The position numbers and the translations under genes were made by a program. From Octopus sinensis (taxonomy: Eukaryota), in contig NC_042998.1 in the NCBI RefSeq assembly GCF_006345805.1, positions 128,650,001 through 128,714,000 on the forward strand: a DNA stretch of 64,000 bases, given 5' to 3'. Below the pieces are notes generated by a model. The model ran no database searches. It saw only the letters and a program-made list of their open reading frames with translations, and was not told where the DNA came from. Below are positions 39,247 through 51,679 of the stretch, in pieces (within the stretch, counting starts at the first letter, position 1; each line of letters begins with the position of its first letter).

Positions 39247-40453
39247 TTAGGGCTGGTGTGTAAAATTCTTTGATACTCTGAATTCAAATCCTGGAGATGT
39301 TGACTTTGTTTATCGTCTTCTGGGGGTCAGTAAAATAAGCCAATGATTTAATTTGTTTAATATAGTCAATTATACTCTTCTCCATAAATGTCAGAACTTG
39401 TACTTTGTTGTTGTTGTTGTTGTTGCAGCTACCACCACTGCTGCCACCACCACCGCCGCCACTACCACTACTGCTGCCACTACCACCACCACCACCACCA
39501 CCACCACCATCTTAAAAGTATAACACACCCTATGTTTCATATAAAATATACAGATTAAAAAAAAAGAACTTTATTACATTATGATGATTTTTTTTCTTAT
39601 GAAAATGAATGGAGAAAGATCTTTGCAGTCTAACGCAGTGTATTATATAGATTCTCAATTTTAATATTAATTTTGATGAAAAAAGTGTGTGTTTTGCATG
39701 GAACTTCAGTATTTTACTTGGCTTTACCTGTTGTGACCATAGGATTATTAGGACCATACAACAGCTACTAAAACAGAGCATTATAAGCATTATGACAAGT
39801 TAAAATTGTTTAGTGATTTATAAATTATAAAATGTGTTGTTATTGTGTTAATGAAGCTGACCAATTAGGCTTCAGTCTAAGCAATGTTTTTTTATTTGAA
39901 GTTTCATTAAGTTTCATTATGGGAAATTATTTGTTGCTTTACTGTGTTTTGTGATGTAACTATTTTACACCTATTTTCTCATTTTTTTAAAGTAATGGGA
40001 TTGAGCTTTTTGTTGAAGTATTTTATATCATATATGACCTGGATTTTCTGCATGGGAAAGGAGAAATAGGTCATTTGTCAACACTAATGTGAACCCAACC
40101 TGATGACCCATAGAAATATCTTATATGTGTTACTTGAAATATTTTTGACAGTTATTAACCAAGTCTTACGATTGGTCATTAGAGTAAACCACTGTTCTTT
40201 GGTTCATCATTAAATTTTTACATTCATTTATTATTGTTTTTATGAAGCTGACTGAATCATTAGCATGCTGAACGAAATGCTTAGCGGCAATTTGTCTGTC
40301 TTTATGTTCTAAGTTCAAATTCTGCCAAGGTTAACTTTGCCTTTCATCCTTTCAGGATCAATAAATTAAGTACCAGTGAAACACTGAGGTTGATATAATC
40401 GACTAGACCCCGTCCCCCAAAATTTCAGGCCTTGTGCTTATAGTAGAAAGGAT

Positions 40454-40481
40454 TCTTCTTCTTCTTCTTCTTCTTCTTCTT

Positions 40482-40549
<68 letters not shown>

Positions 40550-40568
40550 CATTATTATTATTATTATT
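40454..40568 (+). repeat. Compound (CTT)n(ATT)n microsatellite at a SINE tail
   Basis: Directly visible after gtagaaaggatt. Confidence 0.95.
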
Positions 40569-40569
40569 A

Positions 40570-40885
40570 CGGTGGCACGTAAAAAGCACCATCCGTTCGT
40601 GGCCGTTGCCAGCCTCGCCTGGCCCCCGTGTCGGTGGCGGATAAAAAGCACCATCTGATCGTGGCCATTTGCCAGACTCATCTGGCACCTGTGCCGGTGG
40701 CACGTAAAAAGCACCCATTACACTCATGGAGTGGTTGGCGTTAGGAAGGGCATCCAGCCGTAGAAACATTGCCAGATCAAACTGGGCCTGGTTCAGTCTT
40801 CTGGCTTCCCAGACCCCAGTTGAACCATCCAACCCATGCTAGCATGGAAAGCGGACGCTAAGCAATGATGATGATGATGATGATG
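40570..40885 (+). mobile_element. 5'-truncated RTE 3' UTR copy (others at 46719-47110, 52170-52640, 33370-33530, 48680-48950)
   Basis: Same ggcacgtaaaaagcacc units and ggttggcgttaggaagggcatccagc..(gat)n tail as the RTE at 30495-31735. Confidence 0.8.
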
Positions 40886-40889
40886 ATTA

Positions 40890-41560
40890 TTGAGTGAGAG
40901 AGCAGTGCATGCCATCAAAGTGACACTGGGGTAAAATATATGAAGCCCAGTATACCCATCATGACTACCCGTCTGATAAGGGTACACGAGGCACATGCAT
41001 CACAACCATATGTGCGCAACTTGGTTATCTCATATCAAGATAAACAGCGCATGACCTTGCAGGTGGGGCCTAGTTAGAATTTTCTTCTGGTCGAGTAGCC
41101 CATCCCACTCGAAAGGTCCCTGAATAAGGATTGTTTAAGGATGTTGAACGAACCACTCATGTTTCCAAAGGTGAATTATCCAAACCTCTAAGAATTCCTT
41201 TCAACACACGGCTATGATGCTCCCCCACTACTTTTGCTCATGATCAGAGATGCACATGTCGTCAGCCACTAAGGGACATGGTCAACTGGTTAAGGTCAAA
41301 CAACTGACAAGCAAATCTGTGGTATTGAGCAGAATGTTTGCTGTAGCCCATCTTTTCTACCAAGACAAAACAATGTACATGATAACACTTCCAATCAGTT
41401 AAGATCAGAAGCCATGAGAGCCACTGCTTGGTACTGCATCAGGGCAATTATGGTACTGCATCAGGGCAAGCCTGGTACTGCATCAGGGCAATTATGGTAC
41501 TGCATCAGGGCAAGCCTGGTACTGCATCAGGGCAATCCTGGTACTGCATCAGGGCAATTA
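40890..41560 (-). mobile_element. ~550-bp non-coding retroposon, copy 2, with tandemly amplified 22-bp terminus
   Basis: Homologous to 4313-4829. Terminal tggtactgcatcagggcaa+NNN is repeated 6 times at 41429-41560. Confidence 0.8.
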
Positions 41561-41563
41561 TTA

Positions 41564-41598
<35 letters not shown>

Positions 41599-42072
41599 TG
41601 GGTGCCAAGCTGGTAGAATCACCAGCACATTGGATAAAATGCTTGGTGTCATTTCGACTGTCGTTAAGTTCTGAGTTCAAATTCTGCCCAGGTTGACTTT
41701 GTTCTTCATGCTTTTGGGGCCACTAAAATAAGTAGCAGTTGAGTGTTGGGGTTGATGCAATCAACTAACCCCCTTCCCCCAAAATCTTAGGTCTTGTGCC
41801 CATAGTAGAAAGGATTATTATCATTATTAGCAATGATAATAATTAAAAATATAATAATGGTTTCAAATTTTGGTACAAAGCCAGCAATTTTGAGGGAGGG
41901 GTCAAGTCAATTACATTTAACTGGTACTTATTTTATCACCACTGAAAGGATGAAGGGCAAAGTTGACCTTGGCAGAATTTGAACTCAGAACATAAAGATG
42001 GACGAAATGATGTTAAGCATTTTTCCTGTTGTGCTAATGATTCTGCCATCTTGCTGCCCTGATAATGATAAT

Positions 42073-42432
42073 AACAAGAGCACTCAGAGAGTGCAAACCT
42101 CTGCCAAGGCAACACCAACATCCTCTCAATGATTAGCTAGAGATGACTTTTAAAATGAGAATATCTGAAATAAACTTGACTGCTCTCACAAATGAGAATA
42201 CTAAAAATGAACCTGACCGCTCTCAAAAATTAAGTAAAAAAACAGAAAAATAATCCAGAATCCTTGTCTGGTACTGAATCAATTCCAAAATCTAATCAGT
42301 TTGTGCCAACCATGAGGCCAAAAGTTTCATCCAAATCCATCCAGTGGTTCTTGAAACATTTTGTCCATGGATAAACAAACAAACAAACACAACTGAAAAC
42401 AATACTTCTGCCTTCGCCAAGGCAGAGGTAAT
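42073..42432 (-). mobile_element. Helentron-associated non-autonomous element (HINE/DINE-1-like)
   Basis: Subterminal inverted repeats acctctgcc (42097-42105) / ggcagaggt (42421-42429), a 5' hairpin, a (TTTG)n tract, 3' stem-loop gcactc-aga-gagtgc (42080-42094), and T-rich ends without TSD. Confidence 0.75.
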
Positions 42433-43009
42433 CATAATATTATTTACTTACACTTTATTCTATTTTTAATTCATCGATGTATTAAGAATTAGTCATAGCA
42501 AATGAATAAATAAAACTCTCCAATATTTAGGTCATCTTCCCAGTTCATTCTCCCTTTACATAAAGGAATTGTGTGTAGCCCCTAAACAGCATACACACAC
42601 ACATACAAAGGGAATCATAGTTGGGAGTCTTTTAATTCTATGATAATAGAAACTATTTTAAATTCTAGGATAGACAGAATATTGACAATGATTATCATCA
42701 TCATCATTATCATTATCATCCAGCGCTTCTCTACAAAGTTGTGGTTTAGTGCCACTGTTAGAAATCATATGATTATTTCCTTTTATCAAATTCTCTGATG
42801 GGCCTTTATTTTCAGTTTCTGTAGCATTACTCAGACATGAAACACATCTCACAATAGACAGGATGCCAGTCTATTGTCAGAAAAATGTGCTGTAAATGAA
42901 ACAAAGCTCAGTACTAGCACCCCATAAATCAATCATTGATTTCACATTCATCGCTATACATTACAGAGAAATATATCAGCTTGCAGTGGCCTGGGAACAA
43001 AATGTGCTT

Positions 43010-44340
43010 AGTGGGTGCAAACTCAGGTCCAATTTTTTTTCAACCTTAATATCAAAACAAACACAGGTATAATAATATTTTTTATTATTACATATGGAAA
43101 AGTAATGCTTCAAGTCATTCCAAAAATTTTTCTATACTGGTTCATTTTGGCGATGAAGTTTTCCAAGAGGATGTCCAAAGTGTTTTCATTGCACAAATTT
43201 TTATGTAAATGCATTACAGCACATTGTATCAGACAGTGTTGCATCATTGTGATATGGATTCAGGTCTTCAAAAAGCAAATATGCTGAACATTTTCTTGCT
43301 TGATGCAACAGACACAGGCTTGCAGCATGACATGCATTATTAGTATATTGCACATTGTGTTGGAGTGGAAGAGGGGGACATTTGCTGCCAGGTCTTCTTG
43401 GATGAAGTTCGCTATTTCTCCTTGTTTCCATATTCTATAGTCAGTTCTTAATAGTATATAACCTGACATATGTATTTCCACATCCAATATATCTGGGGTC
43501 AAGTGCATTTCACTTTGTGCTGCACATATTGTCTTTTCCTGCTGTGCAAGGTCTCTAAGATATGAAACTTTGTTTGACTTGTGAAGTGTGAAAAACCTTG
43601 TACACTGGGTATTATTATTGAGTTGGGATTGTGGGTTAATATCAGCAATGGTGTGGTTGTGCATTGGGGTTATAGTAGTGGCTGGTACTGTATAAGAGCT
43701 AGAAGTTTTTTTTAATTTCTTTTGTCACATTCATCATCACTAAAAAACAATTTTCTTGTTTTGGGAGGGATTGTTTTCTGGAGTTGGTATGGTTGTAGTT
43801 ATATGGTTTGTGGCTGTAAATTTTACTATTGCATCCAGTAGATATCTGAGGGACTTCTGCGTTTCAATGAAAGTCTGGACCTACACTGCCACCATAAGGG
43901 GTGTTTCTACTGTAGATTTGGTGGTGGACTGGTGTCATGCTTTTACTATTGCATCAAGTCTCTGTAAGATGAGAGAAGGGACAGTCACACATCAGACATA
44001 ATCTTTTGTGTTGGAGATAGTGACAGATTTTAGGATTCCGGGTTACATGTGCAGAAGTTATTATGTGTGATTTAGCATTTGGTGTTGTTGTTGTTGTTGC
44101 TGTTGTAAGATGTGTGGTTTGGTGTTGGCTGGTATTGCTTGTATGAACTGTGTGTCTTGTTCCAGGAAAATGGGTGAAGTTACAGTCACTGCATATGCAT
44201 AGTCACTCATGTTGAGAATAGCGGCTTATTTTGAGGTTTCTTATGTTCATAATTTTCTTTTCTTTACAGTTGGCAGATTTATCATGGAGCTGTCAGGTAT
44301 ACATTCAGATCAAGATGGACAATAGGGGAAGAAATGAGTG
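43010..44340 (-). mobile_element. Degenerate CR1-like LINE: ORF1 Cys/His remnants, APE endonuclease, internal deletion
   Basis: NKVSYLRDL..ICAAQSEMHLTPDILDVEIHMSGYILLRTD...KQGEIANFIQEDL..HSNTMC matches the APE N-terminus. Upstream LCICSDCNFTH is zinc-finger-like. Confidence 0.7.
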
Positions 44341-44760
44341 ATTCTTCACTAATTCAAGTAATAATAGTAGTAATGGTAGTACAGTAGAATGGGATGATGA
44401 TGGTGATGATGAATCTCTTGTGTTATTCTGAGAAGAATTTCAGTAGCCTGACTCTAGTGAAGGGCTTTTGATTTTGGAGTTTAATAGGTCATCAATTGTT
44501 CTAGTATTGAAGAGTGACTTCTATGCTGATCTTGTTGTTGCTATTGTTTAGTTGTGGTAAGTTTAGTAGCAGTAGAACATGATAACAATGATGATGAAGG
44601 GTCACTTGTGGAAATGAGCAAGTGGATAAGGGTCACTTGAGGAAATGAGCAAGTGGATAACTGAACTGTAAAAGACTCTTGATTGTGGAGTTTGATAGTT
44701 CATCAATTGTGCTAGTATTCAGAGAGTGGCCATGGTTGTTGTTGTTGTTGCAATATTGTT

Positions 44761-44816
<56 letters not shown>

Positions 44817-44817
44817 G

Positions 44818-44850
<33 letters not shown>

Positions 44851-45879
44851 CACACACACATGCATAATTTTAATTTTAATGTTGAGGATGCCTTAGTTCA
44901 GTAATATATCTTTCTAGGGACTTTGAGGGATTTTCTTTTTATTTCTTTTAGTTCTATGTTCTTACTTTGTGAAAAAGCCTAACTTCAAGAAACTTTTTAC
45001 AGATCAATTTTTAAACACTATTTTCTAAGCCTGAGAAAGGTAAGTAAGGGGTGCAATATTGAATTTTCCACCACCACCCCCTGTTCCTGGGCCCTTATCA
45101 ACTTGCACTGTTACCCGTTTGCAGTCATAAATGAAGTGAGCACTAATGATTTTACATGTCTACCTTGCAGTGCTAGCAACATGATTTTTAACTGCTGAGC
45201 TTGTAACTTCTCTGGCACCATTTCAACATAGTCATCTGTATTCTCATTAAGGATTAAGTTTAGATTTTTACATTTCTCTAATTGCTGTTATATGGTGCAC
45301 AGTTAAGTGGTAGACTTAATCTGTTACCCTGTCTAACATCACAACCTGATCCAGTTTCTTGCAAGTATATTAATCATAAACCATGAATCTGAATATAAAA
45401 TGTGAATTGGGATTTCTTCCTTTTTTCTTCCCATCAGTCTTGAATGCTTTCAAAAATGGTTATAGATGCTGCTCTTCCTCCTATGATTAAACCATAAAAA
45501 AGAAAGGATACAGTGGTTCTGTTCCTGTAGATCTATGCTTGGAAACCAGTGTTGGAGGAATAAGAGGAACAGAGATAAATGGACTCATTAGTTTTAAATG
45601 GATCACATACAACAAAGTAAACTAAGAATATTGTAAAAACAGTAGACAAGATACACAGAAGTGAACTTTTATTGTTGTTTAACAGTAGGTCAGCCTTGAT
45701 CAAACAGAGCTATGATTAACCATGATCATTTTTGTCTTTTATTATTATTTTTTTTATTGGTATCTATTTATTTATTGTTTTGCCAGTGTAACTTATTAAG
45801 ACTATGTCATCCAATGTATCCCTACTTTTCCAAGATAGTTGGGTGTGATTTGAGGGAGATTTGATTACTATTTCTTGTG

Positions 45880-46055
45880 GTGTTCTAAGTGATACAGTAG
45901 TGTTGTTAGTAGTATGGTTACATAGTTAGTGGCATTGTAGTGTGGTTAGTGTTATTGTAGTATGGTTAGTGGTGCTTTAGTGAGGTTAGTGATATTGTTG
46001 TGAGGTCAGCAGTACTGAAGTATGATTAATAGTACTATACTGTGATTAAAGGTAT
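45880..46055 (+). repeat. Degenerate ~20-bp tandem repeat (tagtatggttagtg..ttg)
   Basis: Several imperfect units in tandem. Confidence 0.55.
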
Positions 46056-46582
46056 GTAGAATGGAGGTGTGTAGCTTAGTAGTTAGGATGTTGGGCTTAG
46101 GATCATAAGATAGTAGTTTTGATCCCTGGGCAGGATGACATGTTGTGTTCTTGAGCAAAACATTTCATTTCACTTTATTCCAGTCCACTTAGCTGGCAGA
46201 AATGAGTCATCCTGTGATGGACTGATGACCCATCCAGGTGAGGAATGTATACATCACAGAAACCAGGAAACTGGCCCAAGGAGTTTATATGAATCAGGAA
46301 GGATCTTTATCATTATCAGGAGTGGATAGAGGAACAATTGTGAGGAAGTGTCCCTGTAACTGTTCTTATTTAGCTTCAGATCAGCTCTCAATGGGTGAAC
46401 TTATAATTAAAGGTCCACCAGCTGATCATGACTACACCATCTTTTTTTTGTATATCATGTAGATACTTTGTATAATGTGTCCATTTAAAAGTCAGTAAAT
46501 ATGTAATCTGAGGGAGATTTGACTGTTTTTTCTAACAGGTCAAGTGACCACTAGAAGCTCAAAGTATCACTGTAGTATGGTA

Positions 46583-47194
46583 TGAAGGGGTGCTCAAAAG
46601 TTCCTGGCTTTAAGGGTATCACAAAAGACCTGGTTGGAGGACCAACCTTCTGCGTTCTTTTACAGGGCTTAGCAAAACTGGAGGACTGTTGCATTAAGTG
46701 TGTGAATCTGAAGGGGAAATCATCATCATCATCATCATCGTTTAACGTCCGTTCTCCATGCTAGCATGGGTTGGACGGTTCGACCGGGGATCTGGGAAGC
46801 CAGAAGGCTTCACCAGGCTCCAGTCTTATCTAGCAATGTTTCTACAGCTGGATGCCCTTCCTAACGCCAACCACTCCGTGAGTGTAGTGGGTGCTTTTTA
46901 CGTGCCACCTGCACAGGTGCCAGGCGAGGCTGGCAACGGCCACGGTCGGATTGGTGCATTTTATGTGTCACCGGCACGGAAGCCAGTCGAGGCGGCACTG
47001 GCATTGGCCACAATTCGGATGGTACTTTTTACGTGCCACCAGCACGGAAGCCAGTTGAGGGGGCGCTGGCATCGGCCACGATTCGCATAGTGCTTTTTAC
47101 GTACCACCAGTCCAATATATTGATTAAATCATAATTAACTGTTCCTCTTGTATATTCTTTTACCCAAAGCCAGGAACTTTTCAGCACTCCCTTG
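46583..47194 (+). mobile_element. Mariner deletion derivative with both TIRs, interrupted by an RTE 3' fragment (46719-47110)
   Basis: TA|tgaaggggtgctcaaaagttcctggcttt ... aaagccaggaacttttcagcactcccttg|TA. Internal GLAKLEDCCIKCVNLKG matches the transposase C-terminus. Confidence 0.8.
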
Positions 47195-47797
47195 TAAAGC
47201 AAATGAGACATAATACAGGTGTTGCACTGGCTTCATAGCACTCTAGTGGGTTCAGTTGTACAGCACTAAATAAGTGCAATTTGGTGTTAGTGACACTGTG
47301 GAATGTCTGTGATACATTGTGACACTGTGTTGTTAGTGATACTATCGTGGGCTGAGAGCTACTGTGTTTCAATTACACTATATTTTATTTCATTTTAATG
47401 GCTTTCTTAAGAAACACTCCTTAGAAAAAATTCCTGACTTAATTCTGTTCTTGACACAACTAACCTCACATAAATATGTTTAAACATATTACAGAGGAGA
47501 AGAATGTGCATTGACAAAATAAATGCTCTTTGTTATTTATTTATTTTTTTCTTTTAATTTTTAGGAAGGTGCAGGCATGGCTGTGTGGTAAGACGTTTGC
47601 TTCTTGTACACATGGTTCTGGGTTCAGACCCACTGCACAGCACCTTGGGCAAGTGTCTTCTACTATAGCATCAGGTCAACCAACATAGACACATATATAT
47701 ATATAATGAAGGAAGTCAGAATTCAGATGAAATTCTGACTGCCTTCTTTTTCTCATATATAAATATGTATATATATATATATATAATACAAAATGAG

Positions 47798-47906
47798 AAA
47801 TATTATTTAATAACCACAATATATGTTTTATGTGCTACTATTAGTTTTATTGCATGAAACTAATAGTAACACATAAAACATATATTGTGTTTATTAAATG
47901 ATATTT
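47798..47906. repeat. Near-perfect palindrome, ~50-bp arms
   Basis: aaatattatttaataaccacaatatatgttttatgtgctactattagttt / aaactaatagtaacacataaaacatatattgtgtttattaaatgatattt. Confidence 0.85.
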
Positions 47907-47964
47907 ATCTCTCTCCAGATGGAGTACTTTTTTTGTTGATCTCACCATCACAGAACAATACACT

Positions 47965-48373
<409 letters not shown>

Positions 48374-48446
48374 TAGTTTTGTGGTACCTCTCTACAGTAT
48401 ATTGGATATATGTTATCCCATGAGGTTGAATTTACACCCCTGTCTC

Positions 48447-48529
<83 letters not shown>

Positions 48530-49516
48530 CATGATAGGCTTCTTTCAGTTTCCATCTACCAATCCACTCACAAGGCTTTGGTCGGCCTGAGGCTATAATA
48601 GAAGACACTTGCCCAAGATGCCACACAGTGGGACAGAACCCGGAACCATGTGGTTGGTAAGCGCATAGAAACATTGTCATCATCATCATTTAACATCTGT
48701 TTCCCTTGCTGGCATGGGTTGGACAGTTTGACAAGAACTGGCCAGCTAGAGAGCTGCCTAGGTTCTACTTGTCTGTTTTGGCATGATTTCTATGGCTGGA
48801 TGCCCTTCCTAATGCCAAGCATTTTACAGTGTGTTGGGTGCCTTTCACATGACATCAGCACAGGTGCTTTTTATGTGATGCTGGCATGTGTGTTTCTTAC
48901 ATGATGTCAGCAGATGTCAGCACAAGTGTTTTCTATGTGGCACCGGCATGGGCCATAGAGGACCTGCCTCTATGCATGAATGGCCACAGTTTTTACTTAG
49001 CTTGATATATTTCCTCAAGCACAGCAAATTGCCAGAAGTTATGCATCATCTCCTCAGTGAGGCCCATCATTTTGAGGTCCTCATCACCTCATCCCACATC
49101 TTTCAGGCTCTACACCGGGAACTTTTTGATACCACCTTGTATATATTTATATGTATATATTGATGGGCTTCCCAAATCCACTCACAAATTCATTCACAAG
49201 ACTTGGGTCAGCCTGGGGCTAGAGTAGAAAACACTTATCCAAAGTACCACACAGTGGAACTGAACCAAATGCCACATAGTCAGAAACCATGCTTCTTAAT
49301 TGCATGGCCAAACCTGCACCTCCACTATAAATTTCTGACTTGGAGGTGAAGTATAAAACTGTTGTGAATAAAAGCACTGAGAGCAGTGACGCTGGATATT
49401 ATTAGCTTTGAAAGACGTAATGATGCAGCAATGTGACACAAGAACTATAATTAATAGGATATGAAATGAGTACCACTGGAACACTGGTACTTATTTCATA
49501 TATGATATTTCATATT

Positions 49517-49848
49517 GACTAGCCCCCTCCCCCAAATTTCAACTAGCATCCTCCTCCAAATTTCAATTAGCCTCTTTCCTCAAATTTCAACTAGCCCCCT
49601 CCCCCAAATTTCAACTAGCCTCCTTCCCCAAATTTCAGTTGGCCCCCTCCCCCAAATTTCAACTATCTCCCTCCCCCAAATTTCAACTAGCATCCTCCTC
49701 CAAATTTCGACTATCCCCCTCCCCCAAATTTCAAGTAGCCCCCTCCCTCAAATTTCAACTAGCAGCTTACTCCAAATTTCAACTAGCCCCTTCCCACTAA
49801 CTACAACTATCCCCTCCAAATTCCGATTAGCCCCTTCCCCCAAATTTC
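49517..49848 (+). repeat. 24-bp minisatellite (actagccccctcccccaaatttca), ~13 copies
   Basis: Gives the 8-aa periodic ORF PQISTSPL and ends in the SINE tail caggtcttgcccttatagtagaaaggatta. Confidence 0.9.
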
Positions 49849-51679
49849 AGGTCTTGCCCTTATAGTAGAAAGGATTATTACATCAGGCACGGACAACATT
49901 TTACATGAAGTGGGCCACATGAGACATGGCTTATCATCAGGCAGGCTGCACTACTAAAAAGATTTACGGTAATTTTTCCTTCAGCATACCATTCAGAAAG
50001 TACCGTGGCTGATTTAGAGTGAAGTGAGTGCTGTAGAGTAAGTGGAAGTCACATAGTTGTTTCACAAGAGAGTCTCTATGTGTTACCTGATGTGCTAGAA
50101 ATAGCAACCAAATCTTAATTAAATCACATTCTATTCTTAAAAAAAAACATTGGATAACATAGCCCTGGTTTCCTTTGCACATGTGAAAGAGACAGGATAG
50201 TTACATGTAAAATGGTTTTTATCATAGTCAGACCGATATTTTCCTAATTTGGAGCTAAACAACAAAACAATAACCATATCAAGACAATTTTCATTTAATT
50301 TTTATTGCTCTTCTTAGGAAGGGTGTGAAAGTTGTAATATGTATTCTCTCTTCTGTTATATAGGGTCCATGTGCCTTGAGAAACTAATATTAGGAATTAG
50401 AAGCTGTTTTGGCCCCACTTCAACCCTAATAGCCTAAACTGAGCAGACCTACCTATAATTAAAGACATTCTACCTGTGACTTTTCTGACTTTTATTAAGA
50501 CAAAGCATTTTCAACATTTTGTTGTCCAATCTTTCTTTTTGTTTAACATTGTAGACTAGAAACCTATGATCAAAGGTATTCCAACTTTAATCCTCTCATC
50601 TTTTATTAAGACACAACATATCTAAGACTACATCGTCCACTTCTTTTAACTATGGTCTGAGAACGATTTGGCTGCTATTTCTAGCAGATTGAATAACTAT
50701 GTAAAAACCTTCCTCGTTGGCTTGTATGAATAGAGGAAGGGTTGCTGTTTTTGTTTAATACCTTATCAACTCTAATCCAGCAGACCTATGAGCAAAAGTG
50801 TTGTAAGTACTGTAGATATCTAAAGTATTAAAGATAAAAATCATGTTGACATTTTGCATCCTGCCACCAATGCTGTGTTCCTGACACTAATTTGGAGTGG
50901 CTTCCTCTTCTCCAGCAGTAAATTGGCATCAATGTTAGGTAATCAGATGTACAACTGATGCATAATTGACACTTAATGCTGAGTATTACATAATTGAGTA
51001 GGATATAACAATTCAGATGAAAGACAATATATTACTGGTACTTACTCTATTTGTAGTAGAAAGCTGAAAGTGAAGGATCATGGCCTAGTGGTGAGGTGTT
51101 TGACTCACTATCTTAAGATATGAGTTTAATTCTGGTAGCTGGTGCAGATCTCTCTCTCTAGTAGTCAAATCCTAGATCAAGAGTAAGGTATCTGATAGAG
51201 TGCCTATGTTTGCTCATGACTGTTGAAGCATCTAAACCAGTTAACAAAAGCACAGACAAACCAGAAGCTTAGTTGCCAGTGATGGGTGGCTGTAACGAAG
51301 GCTGACAAGAAAAAATAATTTTGATAAGATTTGGAGCATATGGAATAATGTTTTTTTCTCTGTCTTAGTATTTACCCAGCTTCAGTTGCAAGGTCAGTTT
51401 GTTTCTAATGATAGAAATGATGTTGTGCCAATCAATGCATATCTCTGTCTAACATTGAAGACCTATCCTCAACAACTGGATTCCAAAGGTCTTATTTTTT
51501 GCCAGGAGAAGGCTGGTGATAGAAGGTTGTATTTGATCAAAAAAGGCAAACACCTGGAACAGATATTGTAAAAGTATCTCATCCAATGTTCTAACAATTC
51601 CACTAATCTACAGCCCTGAACTGATATTTTATTTATCAATCCTGAAAGGATGAAAAGCAAAATCTCCACTCCATCACAA

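Noticed and set aside
41429-41560. CRISPR-like direct repeat array
   Set aside because: Linkers are only 3 nt and recurrent, there are no cas genes, the context is eukaryotic, and the unit is a retroposon terminus.
44250-44300. Plus-strand micro-exon (tttacag|27 nt|gtatac)
   Set aside because: Lies antisense within the CR1-like ORF1 remnant; the pyrimidine tract is the complement of A-rich LINE coding sequence.
49515-49865. 116-aa PQISTSPL repeat protein
   Set aside because: Reading frame through a SINE-derived 24-bp minisatellite; no splice or other coding support.
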